Below, in pieces: positions 33,422 to 43,133 of a stretch of 64,000 nucleotides of DNA; position 1 is the stretch's first letter; the number at the start of each line of letters is the position of its first letter. Source of the DNA: an uncultured Chloroflexia bacterium (GTDB lineage: Bacteria > Chloroflexota > Limnocylindria > QHBO01); contig CAWGTN010000002.1 in the NCBI GenBank assembly GCA_963825525.1, positions 1,280,001 through 1,344,000 of the forward strand, read 5' to 3'. The translations under genes were made by a program, and so were the position numbers. The notes below the pieces were generated by a model that ran no database searches, had not been told where the DNA came from, and saw nothing but the letters and a program-made list of their open reading frames with translations.

Positions 33422-34621
33422 CTAGGGCGCGACCTCCTCTGGAACCGGGTCATCTCGTCGTACCCCGGCCAACACAATGAGGGCAACGACCGCCACCGCG
33501 ATGCCGATGGCGCCGATGGCCCCGAAGCCCCACCCGAACCCACCGACATCGGCGACGCCCCCGGCCACGAAGGGTCCGATGCCCAGGCCGGCCGACAGCG
33601 AGGTTCCGTACCCGCCCAGACCGGTGGCGCGCAGCTCCGGTCGAGCAACAGCGCTGATCGTGACCTGCACCAGCATGAGCGTGAAGGCAAGCATCACCAC
33701 TCCCAGCACGAGCACCAGCAGGATTCCGGGGACGCCGGTCTGGAAGCCGAGGATGGCGATGATGCCCGCGTAGCCGCCCGCGCCGATCGCGGCGGCCAGC
33801 GGCGGAATCCGGCGACGATCGATGAGCCGGCCGAGCGGCACGCGCGATGCGGCATTCGTCAGCGACTGCGCGGCGAGCAGCAGGCCGACCGTCCCGGCCG
33901 CCAGCCCGACGCCCGTGCCGAACAGCGGGAACAGGCCGGCCACCGCGCCCCACGGGAGGCCGATTGCCAGGGCGGCCAACCAGGCGCCCACGATCGCACG
34001 CTGGCGCCCGACCTCGAAGACCATGCTCGGCAAGCGGGAGAGCTGGATCCGGGTCCGCAGGCTCGGCGCCACGAACACCGCGCCCACGATCGCGAGGATG
34101 CCGAAGAACGACGAGGCAAGGTAGGTCGGCACCGGTCCGCCGATGTCCCACACCAGGCCCCCGAGGGCCGGACCGGAGGCGACGCCGGTGTGGGTGAACA
34201 GCGTCAGCCAGCCGAACGCGCTGCCGCGCGCGTGGTCGGGCGCGCTGATGGCCACGTAGGCGCTGATGGCCGGCAGGAACAGGGAGGCGGTGATGCCCGA
34301 GAGCACGGCCCAGGCGAACAGCGGCAGGACACTCCCCGTCGAGAGTCCGATGAGGGGGACGAGGTTCACGAGGGCGTTGCCGATGATGGCAATGATCAGG
34401 ACGCGCCGCGTCCCCCACGCATCGGCAACTGCCCCGAAGGGAAGCTGGAGGAAGGCCTGCAGGCCGAATCGCACCGATGCCAGCAGACCGGCATCGGCGA
34501 GCGAGCCTCCCAACAGCTGCACCTGCAGTGGAATGGCGATACCCGACGCCCACTGGCCGAGCATGAACGTGTAGGTGGCCACATACGCCGGCCACAGCGG
34601 TCGCGACTCGTCGTGGCTCAT
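33422..34621 (-). CDS. MFS transporter
   Basis: About 12 hydrophobic segments; GAVADAWGTRR motif A. Confidence 0.9.
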   Translation of the reverse strand: MSHDESRPLWPAYVATYTFMLGQWASGIAIPLQVQLLGGSLADAGLLASVRFGLQAFLQLPFGAVADAWGTRRVLIIAIIGNALVNLVPLIGLSTGSVLPLFAWAVLSGITASLFLPAISAYVAISAPDHARGSAFGWLTLFTHTGVASGPALGGLVWDIGGPVPTYLASSFFGILAIVGAVFVAPSLRTRIQLSRLPSMVFEVGRQRAIVGAWLAALAIGLPWGAVAGLFPLFGTGVGLAAGTVGLLLAAQSLTNAASRVPLGRLIDRRRIPPLAAAIGAGGYAGIIAILGFQTGVPGILLVLVLGVVMLAFTLMLVQVTISAVARPELRATGLGGYGTSLSAGLGIGPFVAGGVADVGGFGWGFGAIGAIGIAVAVVALIVLAGVRRDDPVPEEVAP

Positions 34622-35697
34622 CGGCGATCGAGGCCGGCGGCCAGGGCTCCCAGGAAGGCGACCGCGTTGGCCCCGAGCGCCTCGACCGCGTAGCCACCCT
34701 CCTGGAGGGCGATGACCGGCCGAGCGAGCGCGGCGATGCTGGCGCCGATCCTGGCGTAGTCGGCGGTCTGCAGGGCCAGGTTGCAGATCGGATCCGCGTG
34801 GTACGTGTCGAAGCCGAGCGAGAGCACGATCGGCGCGTCGGGATCGAACGTCGAGATCGCCTCGAGGGCCATGTCGAGCGCGCCAAGGTAGCCGTCCCCA
34901 TCGGTGGCGGGCGGGAGCGGAAGGTTGACGGTCGCGTCGATCGCCCTATCTCCTCCTCGCTCCGACGGGTGACCGGAGAAGTACGGATAGATGCCGCCGG
35001 GATCGCCGTGGAGGCTCACGTAGAGCACGTCGTCTCGCTGCCAGAAGATCTGCTGCGTGCCATTGCCATGATGGAAGTCGACATCCAGGATCGCCACCCG
35101 CGACGCGCCGCGCGCGACCAACGACTCGGCGACGATCGCGGCATTGTTGAAGAAGCAGTAGCCGCCGATGAGATTGCGCCCCGCGTGATGTCCCGGTGGG
35201 CGGCACAGGCCGTAGGCGAGCGGCTCGCCTCCGAGGACGAGATCCGCCGCGGTGAGGCCGATGTCCACGGCGGCGAATGCCGCCCCGGCAGTCCCTCCCA
35301 CGATCGGCGTGGCGGTGTCGAAGCAGTAGGCGCCCAGACGCAGGTGGCGCGCGGCCGGCATCGCGTCGAGCGCCATGCCCGCTGCGTAGCCGCCAAGCAG
35401 GAACGTGTCGGGCAGGAGCGGGCGCTCCGGATCCCAGCCGGCAGCGATGGCATCGGCCCAGACGTGCTCGACGAGGTCGATCAGCTCGAGCTCGTGGACC
35501 GCCGCGATCGGGTCCGGCCCATGGGCGGTCGGGGCCACGAGCCGATAGTCGCCGGTGGCCATCAGGGCGTCGAGGATGGCCACTGCCCGCGCCGGTGACT
35601 CGTAGCAGGGCACGGGCTGGCCCCCGACCAGCTCGACCAGACCGTCGTGGGCGAGATGGTCGTCCGAAGCGATGAGGGGAATCGAGATACCGGCCAT
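34618..35697 (-). CDS. Histone deacetylase family protein, acetylpolyamine amidohydrolase-like
   Basis: RPPGHHA, GGYCFFNNAA, DVDFHHGNGTQ, QEGGY. Confidence 0.92.
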   Translation of the reverse strand: MAGISIPLIASDDHLAHDGLVELVGGQPVPCYESPARAVAILDALMATGDYRLVAPTAHGPDPIAAVHELELIDLVEHVWADAIAAGWDPERPLLPDTFLLGGYAAGMALDAMPAARHLRLGAYCFDTATPIVGGTAGAAFAAVDIGLTAADLVLGGEPLAYGLCRPPGHHAGRNLIGGYCFFNNAAIVAESLVARGASRVAILDVDFHHGNGTQQIFWQRDDVLYVSLHGDPGGIYPYFSGHPSERGGDRAIDATVNLPLPPATDGDGYLGALDMALEAISTFDPDAPIVLSLGFDTYHADPICNLALQTADYARIGASIAALARPVIALQEGGYAVEALGANAVAFLGALAAGLDRR

Positions 35698-35757
35698 GAG
35701 CTGAACGAGAATAGCGACAGGTGCGTATCCTCCGCAGACGCATTGTTCGGAGACCCG

Positions 35758-36714
35758 ATGACCGACGCCCATGCCGGGGCACGCCTGTGGCGGAGCTTGA
35801 GCGAGCAGGTCGCGCGTGCTGTCGTCGGGGGCGAGCCCGCCCTGCGCCTCATGGTGGTGTCCCTCCTTGCCGAGGGACACGCGCTGCTCGAGGACGTTCC
35901 CGGCGTCGGCAAGACACTGCTGGCCCGCTCGTTCGCGCGAGCACTCGGGCTCAACTTCGGTCGGGTGCAGGGCACGCCGGACCTCCTCCCGTCCGACGTC
36001 ACCGGCTCGAGCGTCCTGGCCGATGGCGCCTTTCGCTTCATTCCCGGGCCGATCTTCACCAACGTCCTGCTGGTGGACGAGATCAACCGTGCCACGCCGC
36101 GGACGCAATCGGCGCTGCTGGAGGCGATGCAGGAACGCCAGGTCAGCGTCGACGGCGAGACGCGGCCGATCCCCGCGCCGTTCCTCGTCCTCGCCACCCA
36201 GAACCCGGTGGAGCTGGAGGGCACGTTCGCGCTCCCCGAGGCTCAGCTCGACAGATTCCTCGTTCGCATCGCGATCGGATATCCGGGCGAGGAGGACGAG
36301 CGCTCCATCGCGCGACGCTACCGAGCAGCCGAGGAACCGCTCGATGGCGTCTCGCCGGTCCTGGCGCCTGACGAGCTCCCCGCGCTGCGGGATGCGACCC
36401 GGGCAGTCGCGGTGAGCGCCGAGGTGGAGGCGTACCTGGTGCGGATCGTGCGCGCCACGCGGGAGCACGCCGATCTTCAGCTGGGTGCCAGTCCGCGCGC
36501 GTCGGTTGCCCTGTATCGGGCCGCGCAGGCGTGGGCGGTCCTCGACGGCCGCGACTTCGTGCTGCCCGATGACGTCGCCGCACTCGCGGGCCCGGTCCTG
36601 ACGCATCGGCTGGTGGTGGATGTTGATCGCGAGCTCCGCGGCGCAACGGCCGCCGGCGTCATGAGCGACGTGCTGGCCGAGGTGCCCGTCGGGGTCGGCG
36701 CCGGCATCGGCTGA
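35758..36714 (+). CDS. MoxR family AAA+ ATPase
   Basis: DVPGVGKT, TPDLLPSD, DEINRATPRTQSALLEAM, LPEAQLDRF. Confidence 0.95.
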   Translation: MTDAHAGARLWRSLSEQVARAVVGGEPALRLMVVSLLAEGHALLEDVPGVGKTLLARSFARALGLNFGRVQGTPDLLPSDVTGSSVLADGAFRFIPGPIFTNVLLVDEINRATPRTQSALLEAMQERQVSVDGETRPIPAPFLVLATQNPVELEGTFALPEAQLDRFLVRIAIGYPGEEDERSIARRYRAAEEPLDGVSPVLAPDELPALRDATRAVAVSAEVEAYLVRIVRATREHADLQLGASPRASVALYRAAQAWAVLDGRDFVLPDDVAALAGPVLTHRLVVDVDRELRGATAAGVMSDVLAEVPVGVGAGIG

Positions 36715-36722
36715 GCTTCACC

Positions 36723-37955
36723 ATGAACGGCTGGACCCTCATCGGACTCTCGATGGTCGTCGCCGGCGCGGTGCTCGGAGCCCCGGGGCTGCTGCTGGTG
36801 GGCGGCCTGACGCTTCTGTCGAGGTGGCTCACCACGCTCTGGTCACGGTACGGACTGGAGTCGATCGGGTACGAGCGGCGCCTCGGGACGAAGCGCGCGG
36901 TGTGGGGCGACGAGGTGCCGCTCGACATCGAGGTCTGGAACCGAAAGCTGCTGCCGGTGCCCCTCCTGACGGCGGACGACCACGTCACCGACACGCTGCG
37001 ACTCCGGGGCAGAGCCCTGGTCGCCAGCGAGCGACCGGGTCAGGGTGTGCTCCAGAACTCGTGGTCGCTGCTGTGGTACGAGCGCGTGATTCGACACCTC
37101 GTCATCGACGCGCGCCGGCGGGGAGCATTCACGTTCGGGCCCATTCGGCTGACGGTGAGCGACCTGTTCGAGCGCGGGACGACGAGCGAGGATCGGGAGC
37201 TGCCGGCCGAGCTGCTCGTGCGTCCGCGGACCGTCCCGGTACGGACTCCCTCGACGGCTCGGGCGCCGCTCGGGTCGGCACGATCGCGAGCCAGCCTGTT
37301 CGTCGACTACTCCCGCTACGCCGGCGTCCGCCGCTACGAGCCTGGGGATCCGCTGCGGCGCATTCACTGGCGCGCGACGGCCCGGGTCGGCACGCCCGTG
37401 AGCCGGCGATACGAGCCCGTGCACGACCGCCAGGTGGTGCTGGCACTCGATCTCCAGACGGTGCCGGGGCCGTACTGGCTCATGATCTTCGACGACGAAC
37501 AGGTCGAGGCGCTGTGCGTGGCGGCCGCGTCGCTCGCTCGACGGCTCCTCCACGACGACACGGCGTGCGGGCTCCTGGTGGGGGCACAGCTGGCCGGCGG
37601 GCGCCGCTGGGCCTACCTGTCGCCGTCCGCCGGCACGGGCCAGCTGGGTCGCATCGAGGATGTGCTGGCCAGGGTGCAGCCGATCGTCTCGCTGCCGTTC
37701 GAGCGCCTGCTCGGCGTCGTCCCGCGACGGCTGGCGCCGGGCGGCACGATCCTCACCCTCTCCGCGCGTGATCCCGAGCCGTACCTGGACCGGCTGCGGA
37801 GACTGTCGCGGACGGGGTATGCGGTCACCCACCTCGCGTTCGGAGATGAGCGTGAGGCGCATAGGGCCACCATGCGGGCTGTGGGCGTCAATGTGAATGT
37901 CGCCGAGCTCGATCGCGGCTGGAGGGATGCCGATGCGCTCGTCCTTGCTGGTTGA
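36723..37955 (+). CDS. DUF58 domain protein
   Basis: GVRRYEPGDPLRRIHWRATAR; follows moxR. Confidence 0.92.
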   Translation: MNGWTLIGLSMVVAGAVLGAPGLLLVGGLTLLSRWLTTLWSRYGLESIGYERRLGTKRAVWGDEVPLDIEVWNRKLLPVPLLTADDHVTDTLRLRGRALVASERPGQGVLQNSWSLLWYERVIRHLVIDARRRGAFTFGPIRLTVSDLFERGTTSEDRELPAELLVRPRTVPVRTPSTARAPLGSARSRASLFVDYSRYAGVRRYEPGDPLRRIHWRATARVGTPVSRRYEPVHDRQVVLALDLQTVPGPYWLMIFDDEQVEALCVAAASLARRLLHDDTACGLLVGAQLAGGRRWAYLSPSAGTGQLGRIEDVLARVQPIVSLPFERLLGVVPRRLAPGGTILTLSARDPEPYLDRLRRLSRTGYAVTHLAFGDEREAHRATMRAVGVNVNVAELDRGWRDADALVLAG

Positions 37956-39276
37956 GCGCACCATCGGCTGGCTGCTGCCGGTCCTCGCCATCGTGGCCGA
38001 GGGCGCGTGGCTGTCGGTCGTGTACGTCGCGGTCGAGACGACGGTCGACGGGCGGATCCCCATTCTCGGCACCCTCGAGCTTGCCGCGGTCGCCGGCCTG
38101 GCCGCCATCGCCGTCAACCGGCGGGCCCTGCGTCCGGACGATCAGCCCTTGACGTTCTTCACTGTCCTCGTCGCCATCGGCGCCGCCGGGTGGCTCTGGG
38201 ACGACCGTGCCCGGTCGCTTGTCATGGCCGGCGATGTCACGGGCGCCATCGGCCTCCATCCCGGCGGTTGGTTGCTGCTGGTGGCTGCCATGCGCGGCGT
38301 CGGCCGTGGCTTCGAGTTCGACGATCGCGCGCTGACCCGCCTGGTCCTCGTCGGGATCCCCGCCCTCGCCCTTCCCTGGACGCTCGGACAGTTGGGTGCG
38401 GGCGACCTGCGCGGGGTGTTCGTGGAGGAGGCCTTCGTCGCCAGCCTGACCTTCATGGCCGCCGGGTTCATGGCGGCCGGCCTGTCGCGCCTCCAGGAGA
38501 TCGGCCGCGAGACGGGGGTCGACTGGCGAACGAACCGATCGTGGCTCGGCACCGTGCTCGGGGTCCTGGCGATCGTCATGGCGGTCGGCATCCCGGCCTC
38601 GTATGTCCTGGGACTCCCGGTCGAGACGGTCGCGCGCGGGCTCGTCGGCCCGGTCTTGAGCCTGATCGGCTACATCCTGCTGGGGCTGGTGTTCATCGCC
38701 TCGATCCTGTCCTTCGCCCTCTACGAGCTGCTGAGCCGGCTGGGAATTGCACTCCCGCCCGCGTTGACGCCCCGCGAGCTGGCGCGACTTCCGGAACTGC
38801 GGGAGTACACGATCGAACAGCTCCAGGGGCCGATCATGACGGTCGCGATCGCCTGGGCCGCCATCGCCCTGCTGGCCATCATCGTGATCCGGGTCTGGGT
38901 GCGGCGCCGGATTCGACGGCCTGTTCGAGGCGGCGGCGAGGAGCGCTCGTTTGCGATTCCGGAACGCTCGTTCCGGTTGCGTGCGCCCCGGCTGCGTGGG
39001 TTCGGATCGGGATCGCGGCGCGGACCGCCGACCGACGCGGTCAGCGCCTACCTCGCCGCCCTCTCCGAGCTCGACGAGCGCGATGCGCCGAATCGGCGGC
39101 GCGAGCACGAAACCCCGCGAACCCATGCCGCGCGCGTCAAGCTGACCGAGATCGCCCCGTTGCAGGCCGACTATGCGCTCGCTCGCTATGGCGGTCGCAC
39201 CCTCACCGCTGCTGAGCACCGTCGCGCCCTCGGCCGATGGCGTCGTCTCCGCGATCGGCTGCGCGGCCTACACTGA
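37927..39276 (+). CDS. Multi-pass membrane protein with C-terminal DUF4129-like domain
   Basis: Many TM segments; RREHETPRTHA..YALARYG. Confidence 0.75.
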   Translation: MPMRSSLLVERTIGWLLPVLAIVAEGAWLSVVYVAVETTVDGRIPILGTLELAAVAGLAAIAVNRRALRPDDQPLTFFTVLVAIGAAGWLWDDRARSLVMAGDVTGAIGLHPGGWLLLVAAMRGVGRGFEFDDRALTRLVLVGIPALALPWTLGQLGAGDLRGVFVEEAFVASLTFMAAGFMAAGLSRLQEIGRETGVDWRTNRSWLGTVLGVLAIVMAVGIPASYVLGLPVETVARGLVGPVLSLIGYILLGLVFIASILSFALYELLSRLGIALPPALTPRELARLPELREYTIEQLQGPIMTVAIAWAAIALLAIIVIRVWVRRRIRRPVRGGGEERSFAIPERSFRLRAPRLRGFGSGSRRGPPTDAVSAYLAALSELDERDAPNRRREHETPRTHAARVKLTEIAPLQADYALARYGGRTLTAAEHRRALGRWRRLRDRLRGLH

Positions 39277-39282
39277 CCCGCG

Positions 39283-40275
39283 ATGAAGATTGCTCATATT
39301 CGAGAGCGGAATGCTCCCGCCGGCACGCCGTGGCGGCTCGCGGCGGCACTCGATGCCGAGGGCCGGCGTTGGCTGGATCTCGAGGAAGCACGACGAGCGA
39401 TGGTGGCCGCTCAGCCGGGGCGCGCGCACAACAGTGCCCTGTTTCGGCAGCCGATCACGACACTCGATAACGTCCTCGCTGCCGGCATCCGAGTCGACGC
39501 GCTCGGAGACCTGCTCGCCGCAGAGCCCGAGGAGGCGCACGACGCGTCCAGCCTCTCGTTCGGACCCCCGATCCTGGCCCCGCCAACATTCCGCGACTTC
39601 TACGCATTCGAGCGCCACGTCGGAACGATGTGGAAGCGACGCGACATGGAGATTCCGGAGGCGTGGTATCGGATCCCCGTCTTCTACTTCTCGAACATCT
39701 CCGAGCTGCGCGGCCCGGGCGATCCGGTCTGGGCACCCCGCGGCTCGAGCGAGCTCGACTACGAGCTCGAGGTCGCCGCGCTCATCGACACACCGGTCGC
39801 CAACCTCGATGCCGAACGTGGCGAGGAGGCGATCGGCGGCTACATGATCCTGAACGACTGGTCGGCGCGCGACCTGCAGCGAGAGGAGACCTCGGTCCGA
39901 CTGGGACCGGCCAAGGGCAAGGACTTCGCCTCATCGATCGGTCCGTGGCTCGTCACACCCGACGAGATCGCGGACGCACGCAGTGAGAAAGGGTACGACC
40001 TGACCATGACCGCGTCGGTGAACGGGCAGGAGCTGTCGCGCGGCGAGTGGTCCAGCGCGCATTTCAGCTTCGGTGAGATGGTCCAGCGCGCGTCCGCCGA
40101 CGTTCGCCTGCGGCCGGGCGACCTGCTCGGCTCGGGGACGGTGGGCACCGGCTGCCTGCTTGAAATTCGCGACGAGAAATTGGGGCGATACCTGCAGCCC
40201 GGCGACGAGGTGGCGCTGTCGATCGAGCGACTCGGCGAGCTGACCTCGCCCATCATCGAGCGGCCGACACGATGA
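39283..40275 (+). CDS. Fumarylacetoacetate hydrolase family protein
   Basis: RDFYAFERH, LDYELE, NDWSARDLQ, GPAKGKDF, GSGT. Confidence 0.92.
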   Translation: MKIAHIRERNAPAGTPWRLAAALDAEGRRWLDLEEARRAMVAAQPGRAHNSALFRQPITTLDNVLAAGIRVDALGDLLAAEPEEAHDASSLSFGPPILAPPTFRDFYAFERHVGTMWKRRDMEIPEAWYRIPVFYFSNISELRGPGDPVWAPRGSSELDYELEVAALIDTPVANLDAERGEEAIGGYMILNDWSARDLQREETSVRLGPAKGKDFASSIGPWLVTPDEIADARSEKGYDLTMTASVNGQELSRGEWSSAHFSFGEMVQRASADVRLRPGDLLGSGTVGTGCLLEIRDEKLGRYLQPGDEVALSIERLGELTSPIIERPTR

Positions 40276-40775
40276 GCGCATCGGTGGATACGCTGCTGGC
40301 GCGCCTGGCCGCGGCCGAGCGTCGGTTGGTCGAGCACGCCTCGGCGCCCGTGCCGGACGGCCTCACCGAACCCGACCCGGGCGGCCAGGAACGCTGGGAG
40401 GCGGGCCAGGTGTGGGCCCACCTCGCCGAGTTTCCGGCCTATTGGCTGGGACAGGCCCGGTCCATCATCGCAGCGGATCCGGTTGACGTCGTGCCCTTTG
40501 GGCGAATCAAGACCGACCCGGAACGGATCGCCGCCATCGAGCGGGATCGCCACCAGGACCCGCCGGCGCTCCTGGCGCGGGTCCGTTCTTCCGTGGAGGA
40601 GGTCGGCGACGACGCGAGAGCCTGGGATGGCGAGACGTGGCGGAGGCTCGGCTCCCACCCGACGCGCGGCGAGATGACCGTCGAACGCATCGTCGAGGAG
40701 TTCATCGTGAACCATCTCGAGGAGCATGCCGACCAGCTCGACGCGCTGGCCGGCGACGGCAACCCGGTCACCTGA
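40272..40775 (+). CDS. DinB/YfiT-like superfamily protein
   Basis: W...QVWAHLAE and C-terminal HLEEH His triad; ATGA overlap with the FAH gene. Confidence 0.8.
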   Translation: MSASVDTLLARLAAAERRLVEHASAPVPDGLTEPDPGGQERWEAGQVWAHLAEFPAYWLGQARSIIAADPVDVVPFGRIKTDPERIAAIERDRHQDPPALLARVRSSVEEVGDDARAWDGETWRRLGSHPTRGEMTVERIVEEFIVNHLEEHADQLDALAGDGNPVT

Positions 40776-40790
40776 CCGGGAGTCGCGACC

Positions 40791-41273
40791 CTACCGGACC
40801 TGGACCCCGCCAGTCCAGCGAGCTACCTCGGCCTCGAGGTCCAGAGGCAGCACGGTTGCCTGGTCGGCGTATTCGCCCCACGCCTCGCGCGGGACCTCCC
40901 ACATGACCTCGAACTCGTTGCCGTCGGGGTCACGCCCGTAGAGCGACTTGCTCACTCCATGATCGGACATGCCTCCCAGGGCCCCCATTGCGCGCAGCCG
41001 ATCGGCCATCTCGGCCAACGCATCGATCGTGTCGATCTGCCAGGCGAGGTGATAGAGCCCAACCGAGCCCCGCGACGGCCGCGGAGCCTGGGCACCGACC
41101 TCGAACAACCCGAGGTCGTGGTGGTTACCACCGGCCGGTGAGCGCATGAAGGCAGCGCGCATGCCGGCCGGTCGCGTCAGTTCCTCGAAGCCGAACGCCT
41201 GCCGATAGAACTCGGCCGCCGCATCGGCATCTCGAACGAACAGGACGGCGTGATTGAGCCGTGTGATCGCCAT
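40791..41273 (-). CDS. VOC family protein
   Basis: LNHAVLFVRD, HHDLGLF, GLYHLAW, DPDGNEFEV. Confidence 0.9.
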   Translation of the reverse strand: MAITRLNHAVLFVRDADAAAEFYRQAFGFEELTRPAGMRAAFMRSPAGGNHHDLGLFEVGAQAPRPSRGSVGLYHLAWQIDTIDALAEMADRLRAMGALGGMSDHGVSKSLYGRDPDGNEFEVMWEVPREAWGEYADQATVLPLDLEAEVARWTGGVQVR

Positions 41274-41281
41274 GACTCGCG

Positions 41282-41893
41282 CTACCTCTGCAGACGCCAG
41301 GCAGAGCTCCAGCTCCCGCCGGTTGCCATGTTGAAGCCGATGTTGACCCAGGCCATGCCCTCGAGATGTCGGGCGCTGCTCAGCGGTCCGACATCGAGCG
41401 GCGTGAAGCCCAGCGACGTCACCAGATCGATCACCGTCTGCTTCGCCTTGGCGTCGTCACCGGCCACGTACCCGTCGATCTCGGGCTTCGGGTCTGCCTG
41501 GTTGGTGGCGAAGATGGTATTGAATGCCTTGACGACATTCGCCATCGGCAGGAGGCGCTGGAGCTCTTCGGCCGCCGAGGTGCCGTCGGTAGCAAGACCC
41601 GAGTAGTCGGCATTGATCGGATTGGTCACGTCGATGATGACGCTGCCGTCAGTCACGCCGGCGATCTCGGCAGCGACCGAGTCGCGCGCCGCATACGGGA
41701 CGGCGAGGATGACGATCTGGGCTCCGTCTGCCGCGGCTGCGGCGTTGGCGGACGAGCCTGAACCGATTTCGGTCGCCGCGGCCTGGGCGGACTCCGCGCT
41801 CGCGGCGGCGATGGTGACTTCGTGACCGGTGCGGATGAGAGATGACCCGAGGGCCTTCCCGACGTTGCCGGCTCCGATGATGGCGATATTCAT
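41282..41893 (-). CDS. NADPH-dependent F420 reductase-like oxidoreductase
   Basis: IAIIGAGNVG, IDVTNP, VVKAFNT, DVGPL..AR.LE. Confidence 0.88.
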   Translation of the reverse strand: MNIAIIGAGNVGKALGSSLIRTGHEVTIAAASAESAQAAATEIGSGSSANAAAAADGAQIVILAVPYAARDSVAAEIAGVTDGSVIIDVTNPINADYSGLATDGTSAAEELQRLLPMANVVKAFNTIFATNQADPKPEIDGYVAGDDAKAKQTVIDLVTSLGFTPLDVGPLSSARHLEGMAWVNIGFNMATGGSWSSAWRLQR

Positions 41894-41940
41894 GGTGAAA
41901 TGCGTTCCCTTCGCGTGGTGAGGGGCACCAGGCCCGTCAT

Positions 41941-41983
41941 TGGTTGCAATCGCAACTATCGCAGGGGAGTTGGATATTGTCAA
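41941..41983 (-). promoter_or_regulatory. Sigma70-type promoter with overlapping imperfect inverted repeat
   Basis: Minus-strand TTGACA (41983-41978), 17 nt, GATAGT (41960-41955); TAGTTGC-N4-GCAACCA at 41958-41941. Confidence 0.65.
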
Positions 41984-42012
41984 TAGATGTTGGTTAAGGT
42001 CATAATGAGGTC

Positions 42013-42597
42013 GTGAAACAACCGCGCGGTGCCGCCCGTCCGCGGCCACTCGTCGGCGAGCGCGTGCGCCGGCGTCGGACGGAGCAGAGCATGACCCTGG
42101 CGCAGGTCTCGGAGAGCACCGGCTTGAATGTCGGATATCTCTCGCAGGTGGAGAACGACAAGGCCTCGCCGAGCCTCGAGACGCTCGCCGCATTGGGTGA
42201 TGCGCTCGACGTGCCCATCGCGTGGTTTCTCCTCGACTCGAGCATCGGACCTCGACTGGTGAGAGCCGCGGATCGGCCGCGGCGCAGGATTCCCGGAGGC
42301 GGCACGTTCACCCAGGTCGACGGTGGCATCGCTCGCGACATTTCGATATTTGATGGGGAGATGGCAGCCGGGCGCCGCACGGGGTCTCATGCGCATCCGG
42401 GAGACGAACACCACCTCGTCCTCTCGGGCAGGGTTCGAATCACCCAGGGCGATGCGGTGGTTGAGGCAGGACCGGGTGATTACGTGCTGCTCGACGGCAC
42501 CTTGCCGCACGATGCCGAGACCATCGGCGACCAACCGGCGCGCCTGATCATCGTGTACCCGCGCGGAGGCCACTCGGAGCTGACGCGCAGCGATTGA
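42013..42597 (+). CDS. XRE-family HTH plus cupin transcriptional regulator
   Basis: TLAQVS..GL..GYLSQVENDKASPSLETL; HAHPGDE..PHD cupin. Confidence 0.92.
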   Translation: MKQPRGAARPRPLVGERVRRRRTEQSMTLAQVSESTGLNVGYLSQVENDKASPSLETLAALGDALDVPIAWFLLDSSIGPRLVRAADRPRRRIPGGGTFTQVDGGIARDISIFDGEMAAGRRTGSHAHPGDEHHLVLSGRVRITQGDAVVEAGPGDYVLLDGTLPHDAETIGDQPARLIIVYPRGGHSELTRSD

Positions 42598-42660
42598 CGC
42601 GCGGTGGCAACCCTGCCATGTGGCCCTTCCCTGTTTGGGGTGGTGCGCGACGATGGGGTC

Positions 42661-42939
42661 ATGGCAACGTTCACCACAAGCCGCGCATTCGGCTGGACTG
42701 CAGGCCTCGGACTGGTGCCGGCCGCCTGGCTGGTGGCGGGCATCGTCAGCACGTTTCTCCCCGATCCTGAGTCGTCCTTCGGTTGGGCGGTGCTCGTCAG
42801 CCTGACGGTGGTGATCGTTCTCGTGGCGTATTGGAGCGCGCGTCACGTCACATTCAGGGAAGGCGCCGTGCCGGGTTCACTCATTTCTCTGGCGGTCACG
42901 GTCGGCCTCGCCGGGCTCATCTTGCTTCTGGCACCGTGA
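42661..42939 (+). CDS. Small hypothetical membrane protein (3 TM)
   Basis: Three hydrophobic segments; start uncertain. Confidence 0.55.
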   Translation: MATFTTSRAFGWTAGLGLVPAAWLVAGIVSTFLPDPESSFGWAVLVSLTVVIVLVAYWSARHVTFREGAVPGSLISLAVTVGLAGLILLLAP

Positions 42940-43133
42940 TCGCCGCCGCGCTTCCGCCTCGATGGCGGCGCCGCCTGGAGCCGTGAGCCCCTGATCCGGT
43001 GAGAGGTGGCGCGCTCTGTCAACGTCCGCACGGGACTTCTGGCGCCGCGACCTAGCCAACCGGGTACCGCTGTACTAGTCTGGGCGACCAGCAGCTCTGG
43101 CCGGGGAGTGTCCATCCCCCGGGGCCGCCCACA

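Noticed and set aside
34618-36606. 662-aa version of the deacetylase with a long N-terminal extension
   Set aside because: The extension is antisense to moxR; family similarity begins near 35697
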